DNA from: Felis catus
Taxonomy: Eukaryota
Assembly (NCBI RefSeq): GCF_018350175.1
Contig: NC_058385.1
Location: 42,036,001-42,100,000, forward strand
Length of the DNA stretch: 64,000 bases
Reading direction: 5' to 3'
Shown here one piece after another: positions 49,340-62,534 of this stretch (position 1 is the first letter of the stretch; the number at the start of each line of letters is the position of its first letter). The notes under the pieces were generated by a model. That model saw only the letters and a program-made list of their open reading frames with translations, made no database searches and had not been told where the DNA came from. A program made the position numbers and the translations under genes.

Positions 49340-51089
49340 TACATAATTCTTTATAATCCGTGAATTTCGAATGCCTAAAATTCAGTAGTTTGTAGCTAGT
49401 TCTCATCTTCTATAGAAGCAAGGTGTAGGTAGGATCAGCCTGCAAGATGAACTTGGATATATGGGGGGAGGAAGAGGTAGTGGTCTGGAAACTCTTCTCA
49501 GGGGCATTACTTCCCTGCTCCTCCAGGTGGCCCCAGGTATCGACCCTCCACTCTCCTCCCCACTCTCCTCCCCACTAGCTGCTGTTCTTTTGCAAATTCA
49601 TGATGTTCTTCTCCAAGTTAGGGGACAAGAATTTTATTTTCCAAAATGGACTACGAAACTAGGATACAATTACTCATATGGTTTAATTTAAAATGCAAAA
49701 ATCTTTGAAAAATAGGTATTTCCAAAATAAGTGTTTTGGTCTGGAGCTCTGGTTCTCATTAACTTGGCTGAAGCCCTTGATGATATGTTGGAACTGCTTA
49801 AACACCGGCTCACATGCCTGCTCTCAGGTGTTCATAAACCCCTTACCTTCCCGGGGGATCCTGGCCAGCAGCATCCTGACAGGCCTGAGCCAAAGCCTTG
49901 TGTTCCCCTCATTCCATCCGTGACTTTTGTGAAGAGGAGCTGAGTGGTTTAATGTGATGTTTTGTTAATCTCTGCTCATTTTGCTGAAGTGTATGGGGCA
50001 GGAATGACTGTACTTGGGGTCTGGTTCTGCCTCAAACAGTGCGTGCATGGTCTCTTGCCTCCTTGGCCAGGGATTTACCTTGACTGGGGTTCATTGCACG
50101 TGAATCTGTATGGAAAAACTTTGGCTGAGGCTGAAGAGTCTTTCCAGCCTGATGGGAGTGTATTAAATATTACTAGAACAAGCCAAATATAATCTCTATA
50201 CCTACTGTTAAACCTTGAAGGCATGGTAGAAAAAAGACATTCCATAGGCATATACAGTTACATGTTTACTTTAAGACATGCCTTTAATCTATGATGTTCA
50301 AGTACATTAAAAGCATGAACTGCTGGTTCTCAGGAATGACCTTCTTTAGGGAGGAAGGCAAGGAACCTGGTAATTCTTTTTCTTTAGGTCCATGAAAGGG
50401 ATAGCAGAGCTCTAAGACTGCAAGCACCCACATTTTGGGGTGTTAAGGTCTGGAAGACACTTGTGAAATACAAGATCCTTCTCTTCCTTTAGCACATGGG
50501 GAGAGGTCTTGTGCTATAAACATAAAGCCGTAAGTCCCCTCACCATCCCCAGAAGCTGTGATACCATAAGCAAGATGGATTTGCAAAGTCTTCTTGACCC
50601 CTTATCCACTTTGGTCAGACTTCTCTTCAGAAGTCTTCAGAAGAGCCTCTCATCAGTTTTCCATTTGGGAAGTAGAAAAAGATGTAGTCTTTTAAACTCA
50701 TTATCCTGATACTTCCTGGGACTCAGCATTCATAAGTGCCGTCAGTTCAACCATGCTCATATCCTTGACATCTTGTTCCTTTCCCTTAATGCTAAGCCTC
50801 TATTCAGAGTCCTTTTCTCTGCATACTGCCCAGAGCTTTCTTCTCCATCTTCCTTATTCTTCTGTCCCCTTTCCCAGCATGTTCCATTTTGCCCTCTTGG
50901 GCACTTGGACCTTTATTCTTCTCAGTGAATGTCCCTTTCGCCATCTGCTCAGCAGAAACTTGTCATAGATCTGCCCTTAGCGTTTATTTGCTATAAAGTC
51001 TGCAATTCTGAAAAAAAGAAATGCTGACCTGAAAGCTATTTGTATCTTGTGACAAAGATAGACCTGAATTGATGTGAAGCTATTTGTCC

Positions 51090-51260
51090 TACTTGCTGTT
51101 AATATTCATACACTTGTCTGAAGAAATATCAGGGTATTTGGTTATGAAGTGTTATGTATTAACTCTATATGTTCCATTACCAAGTTTATAAAATCTGGAA
51201 AATTCTGAATACAGAAACACATCTAGCCCCAATGGTTTTGGATAAGGGATTGTAGACCTG
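51090..51260 (-). mobile_element. Tigger-family (Tigger13-like) terminal fragment
   Basis: 'aaattctgaatacagaaacacatctagcccc...ttggataagggattgtagacctg' followed by TA. Confidence 0.65.
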
Positions 51261-51263
51261 TAC

Positions 51264-51470
51264 TTTTTTTTTTCTTTCTTTTAATGTTTATTTTTGAGAG
51301 AGACAGAGATAGAACGTGAGCAGCGGTGAAACAGAGAGAGGGAGACACAGAATCTGAAGCAGGCTCCAGGCTGTCAGCACAGAGCCCCACTCGGGGCTCG
51401 AACTCATGAACCACGAGATCATGACCTGAGCCAAAGTCGGGTGCTCAACCAACTGAACCACCCTGGCACT
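51264..51470 (-). mobile_element. Can-SINE
   Basis: Poly-T, (GA)n, rc head. Confidence 0.92.
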
Positions 51471-52193
51471 TCTAAACCATTGCTTTTACCTTTTGGTAAA
51501 GTCCTTTCCTCCATTTAGGATTGTGCTTTCTGGTTATGCCCCCATGTTCCTCTGTCCATATTGACATCATCTGCTTATCTTCTGGTCATTTCCCTCTGTG
51601 AGGCAGGTTACACATCTGCATGTTTTCTTTTCCCCTCATCTCTCCACTAAATTCACTCTGACTAAACCCACTATTTGCCGACTCCAGGGGACCTTTTTCA
51701 TTCTTCATTTTGCTTGCTCTCTCTGTCACTAGTAATTGTTCCTTTCTCTTTCTTGATACCATCTCCTTTCTTTTCTTCTTTAGCACCATCCTTCTTGGTC
51801 CTCCTCTCCTTCTCCAACTAGTATCGCTTATTAGTGGTTTCCTGGCACATTACCCTCTGCCACATATCCTCTCAGAGGTCTTTGCAGGCAAGTAGGCTGG
51901 GTCAGTCCAGGTGATTCCATAGGTTTCTCCTTCCCATAAACTCTGCCTTCTTTGTTGGTGTGCATTAATTCATCAAGAAAAGGATGACTGTTCTCCTAGG
52001 CTTCTGTCCCTGGTCATTATCCCTCCTCATTTTTTAGTTCTCCAAAAACGATTTCATGCACCCTTGTAACTTTACCTTAAGACTTAAACCTCCCCCTGAA
52101 CTTTAGAGCAGGGAATACAACTTCCTACTGGATATTGCCTTCTCTACTGGATCCCCACACTTAACATGTCCACAGAAAACCTCCCTTATCTTT

Positions 52194-52366
52194 TTTTTAA
52201 AGTTTGTTTATTTGAGAGAGAGAGTATGAGTGGGAGGAGGGGCAGAGAGACAGGAGACAGAATCCCAGGCAGGCTCCACTCTATCAGCCCAATCTCATGA
52301 ACCTTGAGATCATGACTTGAGCCAAAATCAAGAGTCAGATGCTTAACTGAGCCACCCAGGTGCCCC
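52194..52366 (-). mobile_element. Can-SINE inserted in an L2
   Basis: TSD acctcccttatcttt at 52179-52193 and 52367-52381. Confidence 0.93.
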
Positions 52367-52830
52367 ACCTCCCTTATCTTTATGAATGCTTCTACTACTC
52401 AGAAATGAGGAACTTGGGTCATTCTCATGGATCATCTTCCACGTCCTTTTGACATGATCTTTGATTGCATCTTTTGTCTTTTGGAATGATAAGATAGTCT
52501 AGGCTCATCTTTCCTAATTCCTGCCCCAGACCTGGGGTCATCCATTTCTGCAAAGATTCTTGGGGCCTGCTAGTGGAAAATGACATTTAGAACCCAATCT
52601 GGGTGCAGAGATGCTGATTTCTGAGGTTAGTCCTAGTTTCTAGGCTTTTTCAGTAGACAAAGCTATGAGAAGATACTGTTTTTTTTTTTTAATTTAATTC
52701 CAGTACTGTTAACATATAGTGTTATATTAATTTCATGATACAATGTAGTGATTCAACAATTCTGTAAATTCTCAGTGCTCATAAGAGTACTCTTAATCCC
52801 CTTCACCTGTTTAATCCACCTTCCCTTTTG

Positions 52831-53046
52831 AAATTTTTTTTTCCAACGTTTATTTATTTTTGGGACAGAGAGAGACAAAGCATGAACCGGGGAGGGTCAG
52901 AGAGAGAGGGAGACACAGAATCGGAAACAGGCTCCAGGCTCTGAGCCATCAGCCCAGAGCCCGACGCGGGGCTCGAACTCACGGACCGCGAGATCGTGAC
53001 CTGGCTGAAGTCGGACGCTTAACCGACTGCGCCACCCAGGCGCCCC
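52831..53046 (-). mobile_element. young felid Can-SINE (SINEC_Fc-like) in an L1 3'UTR
   Basis: CpGs intact; TSD tccaccttcYcttttg at 52815-52830 and 53047-53062. Confidence 0.96.
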
Positions 53047-54397
53047 TCCACCTTCTCTTTTGTAACCATCAGTTTGTTCTCTGTAGTTGACAGTCTGTTT
53101 TGTGGTTCGTTGCTTTTTGTTGTTGTTGTTCATTTGTTTTTCTTACTTTCCATGTGAGTGAAATTATATAGTATTGGTTTTTCTCTCACTTATTTCACTT
53201 GTGATCATACCCTCTAGATCTATCCATGTTGTTGCAAATGGCAAGACTTCATTCTTTTTAATGGCTGAATGATATTCCATTGTCTATATATACACACATC
53301 TTCTGTGTTCATTCCTCTATTGATGGACAGATGGGTTGCTTACATAATTTGGCTATTGTAAGCCATTCTTCAATAAACACAAGAGTGTTTATATCTTTTA
53401 GACCTGATGTTTTCATATTCTTTGGGTAAATACCCAGTAGAATTACTGGATCATATGGTAATTCTATAATTTTTTACAGAACCTGCATACTGTTTCCCAC
53501 AATGGCTGTACCAGTTTGAATTTCTAAAAATACTGCACAAGCGTTCCTTTTTCTCCACGCCCTTGCCAACATTTGTTGTTTCTTGTGTTTTTGTTTAGCC
53601 TTTATGACAGATATAAGGGGATATCTTATTGTGGTTTTGATTTATATTTTCCTGATGATGAGTAATGTTGAGCATTTTTTTTTCATGTTTATGTTGGCCA
53701 CCTATGTGTCGTCTTTGGAGAAATGTCTGTTCATGTCTTCTGCCCATTTTTTAATTGGATGATTGTTGTTGTTGTTGTTGTTGTTATTAGTAGCTGTGGA
53801 GTTGTATAAGTACTTTATGAATTTTGGATCCTAACCCTTTATCAGATATGTCATTTGCAAATATCTTGTCCCATTCAGTAAGTTGTGTTTTGGTTTTGTT
53901 GATTGTCTTTTGCTGTGCAAAAACCTTTTCTTTTGATCTAGTCCCGATCATTTATTTCCACTTTGTTTCTCTTGCCTCAGAAGACAAATCTAGAAAAATA
54001 TTGCTATGACTGATGTTAGAGAAACTATTGTTTTCTAGGAATTTTGTGGTTCTAGGTGTCACATTTAGCTCTTTAATCCATTTTGAGTTTATTTTTGTAT
54101 ATAGGATAAGAAAGTGATCCAGTTTCATCCTTTTACATGTGGCTGTCCAGTTTTCCCAGCACCATTTGTTAAAGAGACTGTCTTTTTCCCATTGCATATT
54201 CTTACCTCCTTTGTCAAAGATTAACTGGCCATAAAATTGGGTGTGTGTGTGTTTTTTTTTTCCTGGGCTTTCTATTTTGTCCCATTGATTTATGTGTCTA
54301 TGTTTGTGCCAGTACCATACCGATGTGATTACTGCAGCTTTGTAGTATATCTTGAAATCTGGGATTGTGATACCTTTAGGACTGTTTGTTCTACTTC

Positions 54398-54567
54398 NNN
54401 NNNNNNNNNNNNNNNNNNNNNNNNNNNNNNNNNNNNNNNNNNNNNNNNNNNNNNNNNNNNNNNNNNNNNNNNNNNNNNNNNNNNNNNNNNNNNNNNNNNN
54501 NNNNNNNNNNNNNNNNNNNNNNNNNNNNNNNNNNNNNNNNNNNNNNNNNNNNNNNNNNNNNNNNNNN
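54398..54567. other. assembly gap
   Basis: N run inside L1. Confidence 1.
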
Positions 54568-57500
54568 TTCACTTGGTTAAGTTTATTTCTAGATATTTTA
54601 TTATTTTTGGTGTAATTGTAAATGGGATTATATCCTTAATTTCTCTTTCTGCTACTTTATTGTGTAGAAATGCAATGGATTTCTGTGTTTTCATTTTGTA
54701 TCCTATGACCTTATTGAATTTATTTATCAGTTCTAGTAGGTTTTTGGTGGAGTTTTTAGGATTTTCTATATGTGGTACCAGATCATCTGCAAATAGTGAA
54801 AGTTTTACTTCTTTCTGAACAATTTGGATGCCTTTTATTTCTTGTTTGATTGCGGTGGCTAGGATTTCCAGTATCATGTTGAATAACAGTGGTGAGAGTA
54901 GACAGCCTTGTTTTGTTCCTGATTTTAGGGGAAAAGCTCTCAGTTTTTCCTCATTGAGTATGATGTTAGCTGTGGGTTTTTCACATATGGTCTTTATTAT
55001 GTGGACATATAAAGGCCTCTGGCACCACTTTGGATAGGCTCCAACCAAGGGCTTATTGTAGGGGTAGGTCTGCAGGAGAAAGCAGGTGTGGGGTACATGA
55101 TACTTGCAAGCTCCCCGTTGGTCTGATAAGGGTAGGGGACCTGTAGCTGCCTGGGGAAACTCCTACTAAGGCTGGTGGGGTTTGATGGGGTGGATCCACA
55201 GAAGCACTTGGTGGTGGGGTGTGCTGTTAGCAAGTTAGGTGGAGGGTGTTCATCTTGTACTGGTTCCCACAAGTGTCTGTGTATTTAGGCTGGAGGGAGG
55301 GGGAGAGAAATGGTGCCTGTGAGCTCTTTTGTTCTTGAAGTCTCCCAAAGATCCCTGCCCTTCCAGCACATGCTCGGAGATTAGTAATAAATCTCCTTCC
55401 CATATAACGCAGGTGTTTTTCAAACTTTTGTGTTGTATCTCAATGGAGGTGTTAGCTGTGCTGTCTTTTTAAGGTGGGGACTTCACTTTCCCAGCAATCC
55501 CATATCCAAGCCCACTTATTTTTAAAGTTCCAGGTATTAAGCCACACTGATTGTTAGGCCTGTCTGTTTTTCAAAGTCAAATGTTATGGGGATTCATCTT
55601 ACCCATTTGGGTCCCCTGTTCCCCGGAGTGCCTGGTGTGGGTGTATGGTCCTCTTCCTTCTCTGTGTCTGAAGTGTCCCTCCCTCCCACAGACAGTCCTG
55701 AGGGTCTATTTAGCTCCTTCTAGTGTCTCAGTCCTGTATATTCCCTTTGATGTCACCTCCTCTCTACATTATCTGTGGAGAGTCTGTTATGCCAGTCTTC
55801 AGGTGTATTTTCTGGGTTATGTACACAGATGTGGATGTTATCTAGTTGTATCCATGGGATGAGGTAAACTTAGGATTTCCTACTTTATCATATTTCCCAG
55901 AAGTTGTCAAGGCATGTAATATTTTGAAGATAAAATATGTTATGAGTTTGTACTGATACATCCAGTTCAAATTCAGGACTGCCAATTTTTCACTTAACCT
56001 CATTAGTCTTACATTGTATCTGCTTCCTCCATGCTGAATATTATGGTTCTCAATTATAACATCATGCTTGCCTAATTGCTTTGTCCCACAATAGACAACT
56101 AGAATAAAACAAAGGATAACATAAAAGTTATAATTACTTAAGTCAGTTTAAGTTGTTATCATTTGCATTTCTTTTTGTCCTTAGAGCATATCCTATTAGG
56201 TATGTATAGTCAAATTTTTCTAACTAAACTAACTTGGAATAATTCCTTTCCATGTGGTTAATGCCACCAACTACATATGTAGTTAAATTCACTTGGTTTT
56301 TTTGCCTTTGATTTTCAAGACTTGCTTTAAGAAGTTTTAATTTTGTTTTTCATTTGCATAGTATATGTTTACAGTTCAAAAGACATGTCTACAAATAAGA
56401 AATACTTAATGAAGTCTAATTTATTTTTTGTTCCCTCCACCCTACTCCAGGACCAAACAAATTCTTACATTAATAAATGAAATTGTTCAATTAGTTTCAT
56501 TAATAAATAGAACTATTAGGCATTTCCTTTGGCCTAGGGATACGATGAGAAATTATGGAGACATTAAGGGGATTATGAATCAAAGTTTAAGAGTCTGTGT
56601 AGTTTATGGAGTATATTTATATAGGTATGCTATACATTAGTATATGTAGTATGTGGAGTATATTCTTTTTAGAGCTGTCTTGTACCCCTATAGGTGGATA
56701 CACTGTAGTTAATTCTACCAGCCCCCTGTTGATAAACCTTTGGGTTGTTGTAGATTTTGGCTCAAATAGTGCTGAAATGAATAGCCTGTGAGTGTGTTTT
56801 TTTTGTATCTTCACCAGTCTTTCTGTGGGAGAGATTCTTATAAGTGGGATGGCTGGGTCAAAGGGCAAACACATATGACATTTTACTAGATATTGCCAAA
56901 TTCCCCTTCTTAGGGGTTATACCATTGTGCATTCCCATATTCAAATTATGAGAGTGTCTGTTCCCTTAAAGTCTTACCAGCCAAGTAGGATGTCAAAGTT
57001 TTGGTGTTTTACCAGTAAAACAGGTGAGAAATTGTATGTAACTGTAGTTTTAATTTGCATTTCTCTTATTATAAAAGAGGTTAAGCATGTTTTCATATAA
57101 TTGAGAGTAATTTGAATTTATCTTTCTGTGAACTGTCCACTTGTATCTTGAGTGAAATTTTCTAAACAAAATTTTTCTTCTCCATTTTTAGAGGCTCTTT
57201 ATATATAAATTACAAATATTTTTCCTAGTTTGTCATGTCTTTTTAAAAAACATTAATATATATTTCCAAAAAGCCCTATAGATTGTCATTTGTCTTTTTA
57301 GTTGCCTATTATAGTGGTGTATTTTTTCTTTACTATCCAGATTCTTACACTTTTATGTTGTTTTTGTTTTTGGTGAAGCTTCTGAATGTTGAACCACATG
57401 ATTAGGAAAATTTATCTTACTCTCTGAAATCGTGTTTTCTTCTAATGCATTTCTGATATTACCGTACCTCTCTATTTGTGGAAAGTCAGGAAGATAGTCA

Positions 57501-58079
57501 AAGAAAAATCATGTAAAATTTTGGAGGGCCAACACACACTTTTCTTACCTTGACATGTCAGGACCTAGAATGACTTTCTGTATTTTCCTTTGGACATGTA
57601 GTCAGTCATCTTTTGTATTTAGCTTCAAGTTCTAACTCTGAAAAGTGCCCATTTTTACCTGGAAAACTGACTTTAAAATATATTCACTAGAGGAAATTGC
57701 TTTTGTCTTACCCAGTGAAAGATAGGGAAGTGAATTGACTGGCAGAGCAAAGAAAGCATACAAGTAAAGGAGCGGTGAAATTCTACAAGCTGATTTGAGT
57801 AGATTTTTTGGTATTAAAAAAAATTGTGTGTACACATGTGTGATGATCCATAGCAGTACCTTGTGTCACTTTTTTTTTCAAGGTGATATTGATTTATGAC
57901 CACTCAAATACTGTGCTCCAGAGAAGGAAGAGAAAGTTTTACAGAAGGTTGAGGTTATGTTTCTACTATAATTTTAGAAAACATTAACTTTGACCTAAGT
58001 AAGCAAAATATTATTCCAACAAAAAATTCCATTCTTCTCATTTGTAGACTTGTATTATAAGAAAAATTATATTTTCTTG

Positions 58080-58242
58080 TATTTCAAATTTTGTTAAAAA
58101 ATGTTGTTAAAAAGTTTGTGGACATTTGTTTTCTATTTTGTCATATAGGTTATCTACACAGAATCCTTGATTTTACTTCTTGGCATGCAAAGCTTAAAAT
58201 AAATTTTACCTGGGACCATACAGAAAACGTTTGCCAACTCCT
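58080..58242 (+). mobile_element. hAT-Charlie terminal fragment (MER58/MER119/Charlie4-type end)
   Basis: 'gcaaagcttaaaat...acagaaaacgtttgccaactcctg'. Confidence 0.6.
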
Positions 58243-58969
58243 GCATTAAATAAACAGTCACATTTGAGATGGATCTTGAAGGAGGAAGTTCAAAGTGTTA
58301 TGGGAGAGTACAGCAAGGGGTTTTAACTTGTTCATGGCATAGATTCCAGCACTTTAGGGTGCGGAAGAATCCTTACCCCCTCCCCCCTCCCCCCAACAGT
58401 AGTCTTACTCAGCAGCTGTGAAGTCAAAACAAGGCTTTCTGCATTTTAAACAAGAATCCACAGGATTCTGTTGGGAGTTTGACTAACCAGGAGAAACCTG
58501 CAGTGGGGTGGAACAAAGGCCTCTCCAGGGAAGTAAAACCCAGCTGAGACTTGGATACTGAAGGGAGCAAAAATGGGTGATTTGGAGAAGAGTTTTCTGA
58601 GAAGGGACCTTGAACCAAAGCAGGGAGTGCCTGAGGAAGTGGACAAAGCCTGAGGCTTCTGGTGCAGAGAGAAGTGCAGGGAGCAGGACACCGAACAGAT
58701 GGGGGAGGGAGACAAATTCCCCTCTAGAAGGACTATAAGCTGTGTTGCAGTTTGGACTTGATCCTAGGGACAATGAGAAACCATTGAATATGTTTTAAAA
58801 ATCATTTGGTATCTTTATATATTTATGTACACATATGTGTGATTTTATGTGAGTGGCTATGAATATATGCCTTTTCTTTCTTTTTTTTTTTTTTAAGTAT
58901 AGTCTTTTTTTCTTTTCCTTTTTGGCTTGGTCTTTCTTCTGTCTTCCCAAGTCTCCTCGAGGAGCTTTT

Positions 58970-59357
58970 TGTTATGGACTGAATTGTGTCCCCCTCAAGT
59001 TCAGATGTTAAAGCCCCAATCCCCAGTACCTTGGAATAGGAATGTATTTGGAGACACGGCCTTTAAAGAGATAATTAAGGTTAAATTATCATAATGGTAG
59101 GGCCCTGATCTAGTAGGAATTGTGTCCTTATTGGAAGGGGTGACACACCAAGGATACGCACACAGAAGAAAAGCCGTGTGAGGACACCGTGAGAAGGAGG
59201 CCTTCTAGAAGCCAAGGAGAGGCTGCAGGAGAAACAGACCCTGCTGACACCTTGCTCTTGGACTCCTAGCCTCCAGAACTGTGGGAAGATAAGTTTCTGT
59301 TATTTAACCGTTATTTAACCCCCCCCCCCCTCAGTCTGTGGTACTTTGTTGTGGCAG
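58970..59357 (+). mobile_element. MaLR solo LTR (MLT1A/B-like)
   Basis: 'tgttatggactgaattgtgtcccc', 'gtatttggaga...gcctttaaagag', 'agcctccagaactgtg'. Confidence 0.9.
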
Positions 59358-59990
59358 TCTGTATCCTGGATCATTTCATCCATAACTTTCTCTTTCCTCA
59401 CACAATCTTATACAGATAGTGATGTGCGTATATCTATACCACCTATTTCACTTAAAATGCTGTTAGTGTAAGACCCACAATTACTTTGTTATGTATAGAA
59501 ACCAATGCTGTCGGTTAAACCATGCCACAGTGCTTTCTTAACCCTTGTAATTTTTATTTTAAACTTACTGAATTAGTTCTTTTAGCTCTCTTTAGACGTC
59601 ACTCTTTTGCACGCATGAGAAGAAAACTGTAAGTGGAATAAATGGGGCAAGATATCCCTGGAATTTCATGTTAAAATTTGGCTCTTTGGAATTCCTTCTC
59701 ATTTCCTAGACATCGTGGTCCGTGCTGTTCCACGCACTGCCATCGTCTGTGCCAAGAGCCTTAGTGACGCAGCATGGCCTGCAGCAGTGCAGTTGTTTTG
59801 GGGGCTGTTCCTTGAACCCCCAGCACCCACTGCATGTGGGCAGACGTGTTTTGATGCCCATGTGAGGGCAAGGAGGATGCTGTAACGACTACCATATGGC
59901 ATTTGGTGACTAGAAGGTACAAACTCCTCTCAGAGATGTTACAGTGTGGGGAAAGAAATAGGTATTTCAAAATAAAGGAAATCCAAACAT

Positions 59991-62534
59991 CTACTTTATA
60001 CACATATACACACAGTTTTGGGTGGTGTGGATTTTTTTTTTTTTTATCGAGATGGCACTATCTTCATGTTTTCCTACATTTTGCTTTTCTCAATACTGTA
60101 GAACTCCCTCCAAGTCACCTGGCATAGCTCTGTTTCATTTTTTTTAGGTAGCCATATACTGTTTTATTGTGTAGATGTATCACAATGTGTTTAGCTAGTT
60201 TCCCATTTATGAACACTCATTTTGTTTATGGAGCTTTTTGCAACTGTAACTGATGCTGCAGTAAGTATACTTGTGCATCTGTCCTTAGGTATTAGTGCTT
60301 TTATTTCCCAGGACTAGAATTACTGAGTCAAAGGATACTGTTTATTTTAACATATGTTGTAAGATTGCTTTCCACAAACTTATTTTGGAAAGATTGACAT
60401 GTAATGGTAATAGGTCTTACCATCCAAGGGAGTGGTTATCTTGTTTGTTTTAATAATATTTCTAGTTTTCTTCATATAGTTCTTACATACTTTTTGTTAA
60501 ATTTATTTGTGTTTCATAGCTTTTGTTCTTAAATCTTTCCCCCATTTAATTCCTAAGAGCTTATTCTAGAATAAAGGTATTGATTTTTAAGTCCCTTCTT
60601 TCTCAGCCCTTTGAGGCTGTCAGCAAATTACATTCCTCATGGAGGTTTTCTCTTAAAGATGTAAGACCTCCATGACTGCCACAGTCTATTAATTCAGCTT
60701 TTTTTCTGTAGAAAACTTTTATGCTTAACTTCTGTCTTTTTTCTACCCCTTTGAGAGTACTTTTGCTTTTCTCCTCTTTCCACCCTCTACCTTCAACTTC
60801 TACGTTTTGTTGAGATAGTGCTTCTTAAGTATCTCTTCTATTTCAATGATCCTTATTTATAACAAATTGTACACTATATATTAGACAAAGAGATATGCAT
60901 TTTCATTAAGATACAAGTTTATACACATGCACACACATCAGGGATCATTGTTTAATAATTTAAAAAAATTTTAAATGTTTATTTATTTTAAAAGAGCACA
61001 AGCAGAAGAAGGGCAGAGAGAATCCCAAGTAGGCTCTGCACTGGTGAACCGTGAGGTCATAATCTGAACTGAAATCAAGATCTGGGTGCTTAACCAACTG
61101 AGTCACCCCAGTGCCCCAATAGTTTTTGTTTTTATCTTCTCCCATCTTAAAGTCTTTGATTAATTTATTAGAGTGTGAATTTTTTTCTCATATGGGGAAC
61201 TTGAGTAATGTATCTTTTTGGGTCTTTTCCTGTTTTTAGTATTTTTCAACCATCTGAGAAGGGAATGTATCTTGACTGGGTATGAAATTCTTCATTCCTA
61301 GTCCTTCCATTCAGTTGTCTGTAGATCCTTTTCTCTAACTTCTAGCTTCCTAGGTTCTGGGTGAGAAGTTAGATTTTTTTTCCTCCTAGTAGCAGGTAGG
61401 TTGGTTTTAAATGGTTTTCATGCTTGAGATTTTTACTTTCTCCTTAAAGTTCAAGAATTTTGACCTGCTTATCCATGATTCTTCTTGTCAGTCCAGCCTT
61501 GAAACTCCATATATACTCTTCTAATCTGAGGAATTGGATCTTTCTACAGTTTAGGGAAATCTTTTCCTATTCTTTATTGAATGATTGCCTTTCCTCCATC
61601 AGTTCCTTTTCCTCTTACAGAAACACATATTAACTTCGTATTAACTCTGGCTGATGTTTCCAGTTTCTCTTTTTTTTATTGGATACTTTAATTACTTTAC
61701 ATTTTTGTTCAGTATTTCTAAGTGTTTGTTGCATTTAGTTTCAGAGCACTGATTAGAGTCCTAATGCTCATCTTCTCCTTTAATTCAACTAATAAAATTT
61801 TCCAATGAGGGATCTTATACTTATGTTAGTAAAGTCTCTTTAAACTTCTTTAATTTTATTTTCCATTCAAGTTTTCATCTGTTTTCTCCAGCAGTTCTAT
61901 TTCACTGAGAATTCATTTTGATTACCTGATCTTTCTCTCTGGTTGCTAGGGCCTCTCAGATGGGTTTTAAGTTTTCTCTATCAGCTCTTTAGGACTCAGG
62001 CCTGGTTGTTGAAGTGTCCTGAATGGTGGGAATCCTATAGGAGGTGAAAAGCCAATGAATTTATGGTCCTATAAGTTGTAGTATAAAGGCAGATGTCCGC
62101 ATTCTGATGAGAGACCTGAAAGAAATTCCTGTGGTCTCCCTTTACTCACTCAGCTCAGGAGAAGGGAAGGTTTATATACCTTTTTTCCTTATCTTGACCT
62201 TGGAAGGGTCTGAAAGACTTAGCACAAGCACATGAAGTCACCTTTGAGGAAATGCCGGATGTATTTGGACTCCACAAATCCCTGACTGAAAAGCTCTTCC
62301 TCTATACCCATAGGTTCAAGCCACCCACCCTGTTCTGCTGTGGACTGTCCAATCAAATAGGAAGGGAATCCTACAGCAGCTCTGTCTGAAGGGACTTTTT
62401 GGGGTTCAAGCTCTCACAAGTCTCAGCACCTGCCTGCTGTTGGAGAAGCAAGTAGTTCTGGGAATGCTGAGATGGACATTTTACTCAGGTTACCATGTTT
62501 CCAGAGCCCTCAATATCTTTCTCTTATTAGACTA
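59991..62534 (-). mobile_element. old L1ME-like remnant (further pieces at ~58800-58969 and 59358-59440)
   Basis: 'gccatatactgttttattgtgtagatgtatcacaat', 'tagaattactgagtcaaagg'; T-rich degenerate L1 body. Confidence 0.55.
60962..61117 (-). mobile_element. Can-SINE (internally deleted)
   Basis: rc head 'ttaaccaactgagtcaccccagtgcccc'. Confidence 0.85.

Larger units (their letters stand above)
52679..55905 (-). mobile_element. carnivore L1 with 3'UTR, 3' half of ORF2 and 5'UTR-like end (internally deleted)
   Basis: ORF 54569-55048 has RT motifs ([18 protein letters not shown]); ORF 53952-54572 has ORF2 ([18 protein letters not shown]); frameshifted. Confidence 0.9.
52430..57450 (-). mobile_element. 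old L1MC4/5-like element split by a younger L1
   Basis: Piece 52430-52678 ('ctaggctttttcagtagacaaagcta') resumes at ~55915 ('gagtttgtactgatacatccagttcaaattcaggact'). Confidence 0.65.

Noticed and set aside
53952-55048. Reverse-transcriptase-like ORFs as an active or novel RT system
   Set aside because: Ordinary frameshifted L1 ORF2 remnants lacking the endonuclease domain and ORF1.
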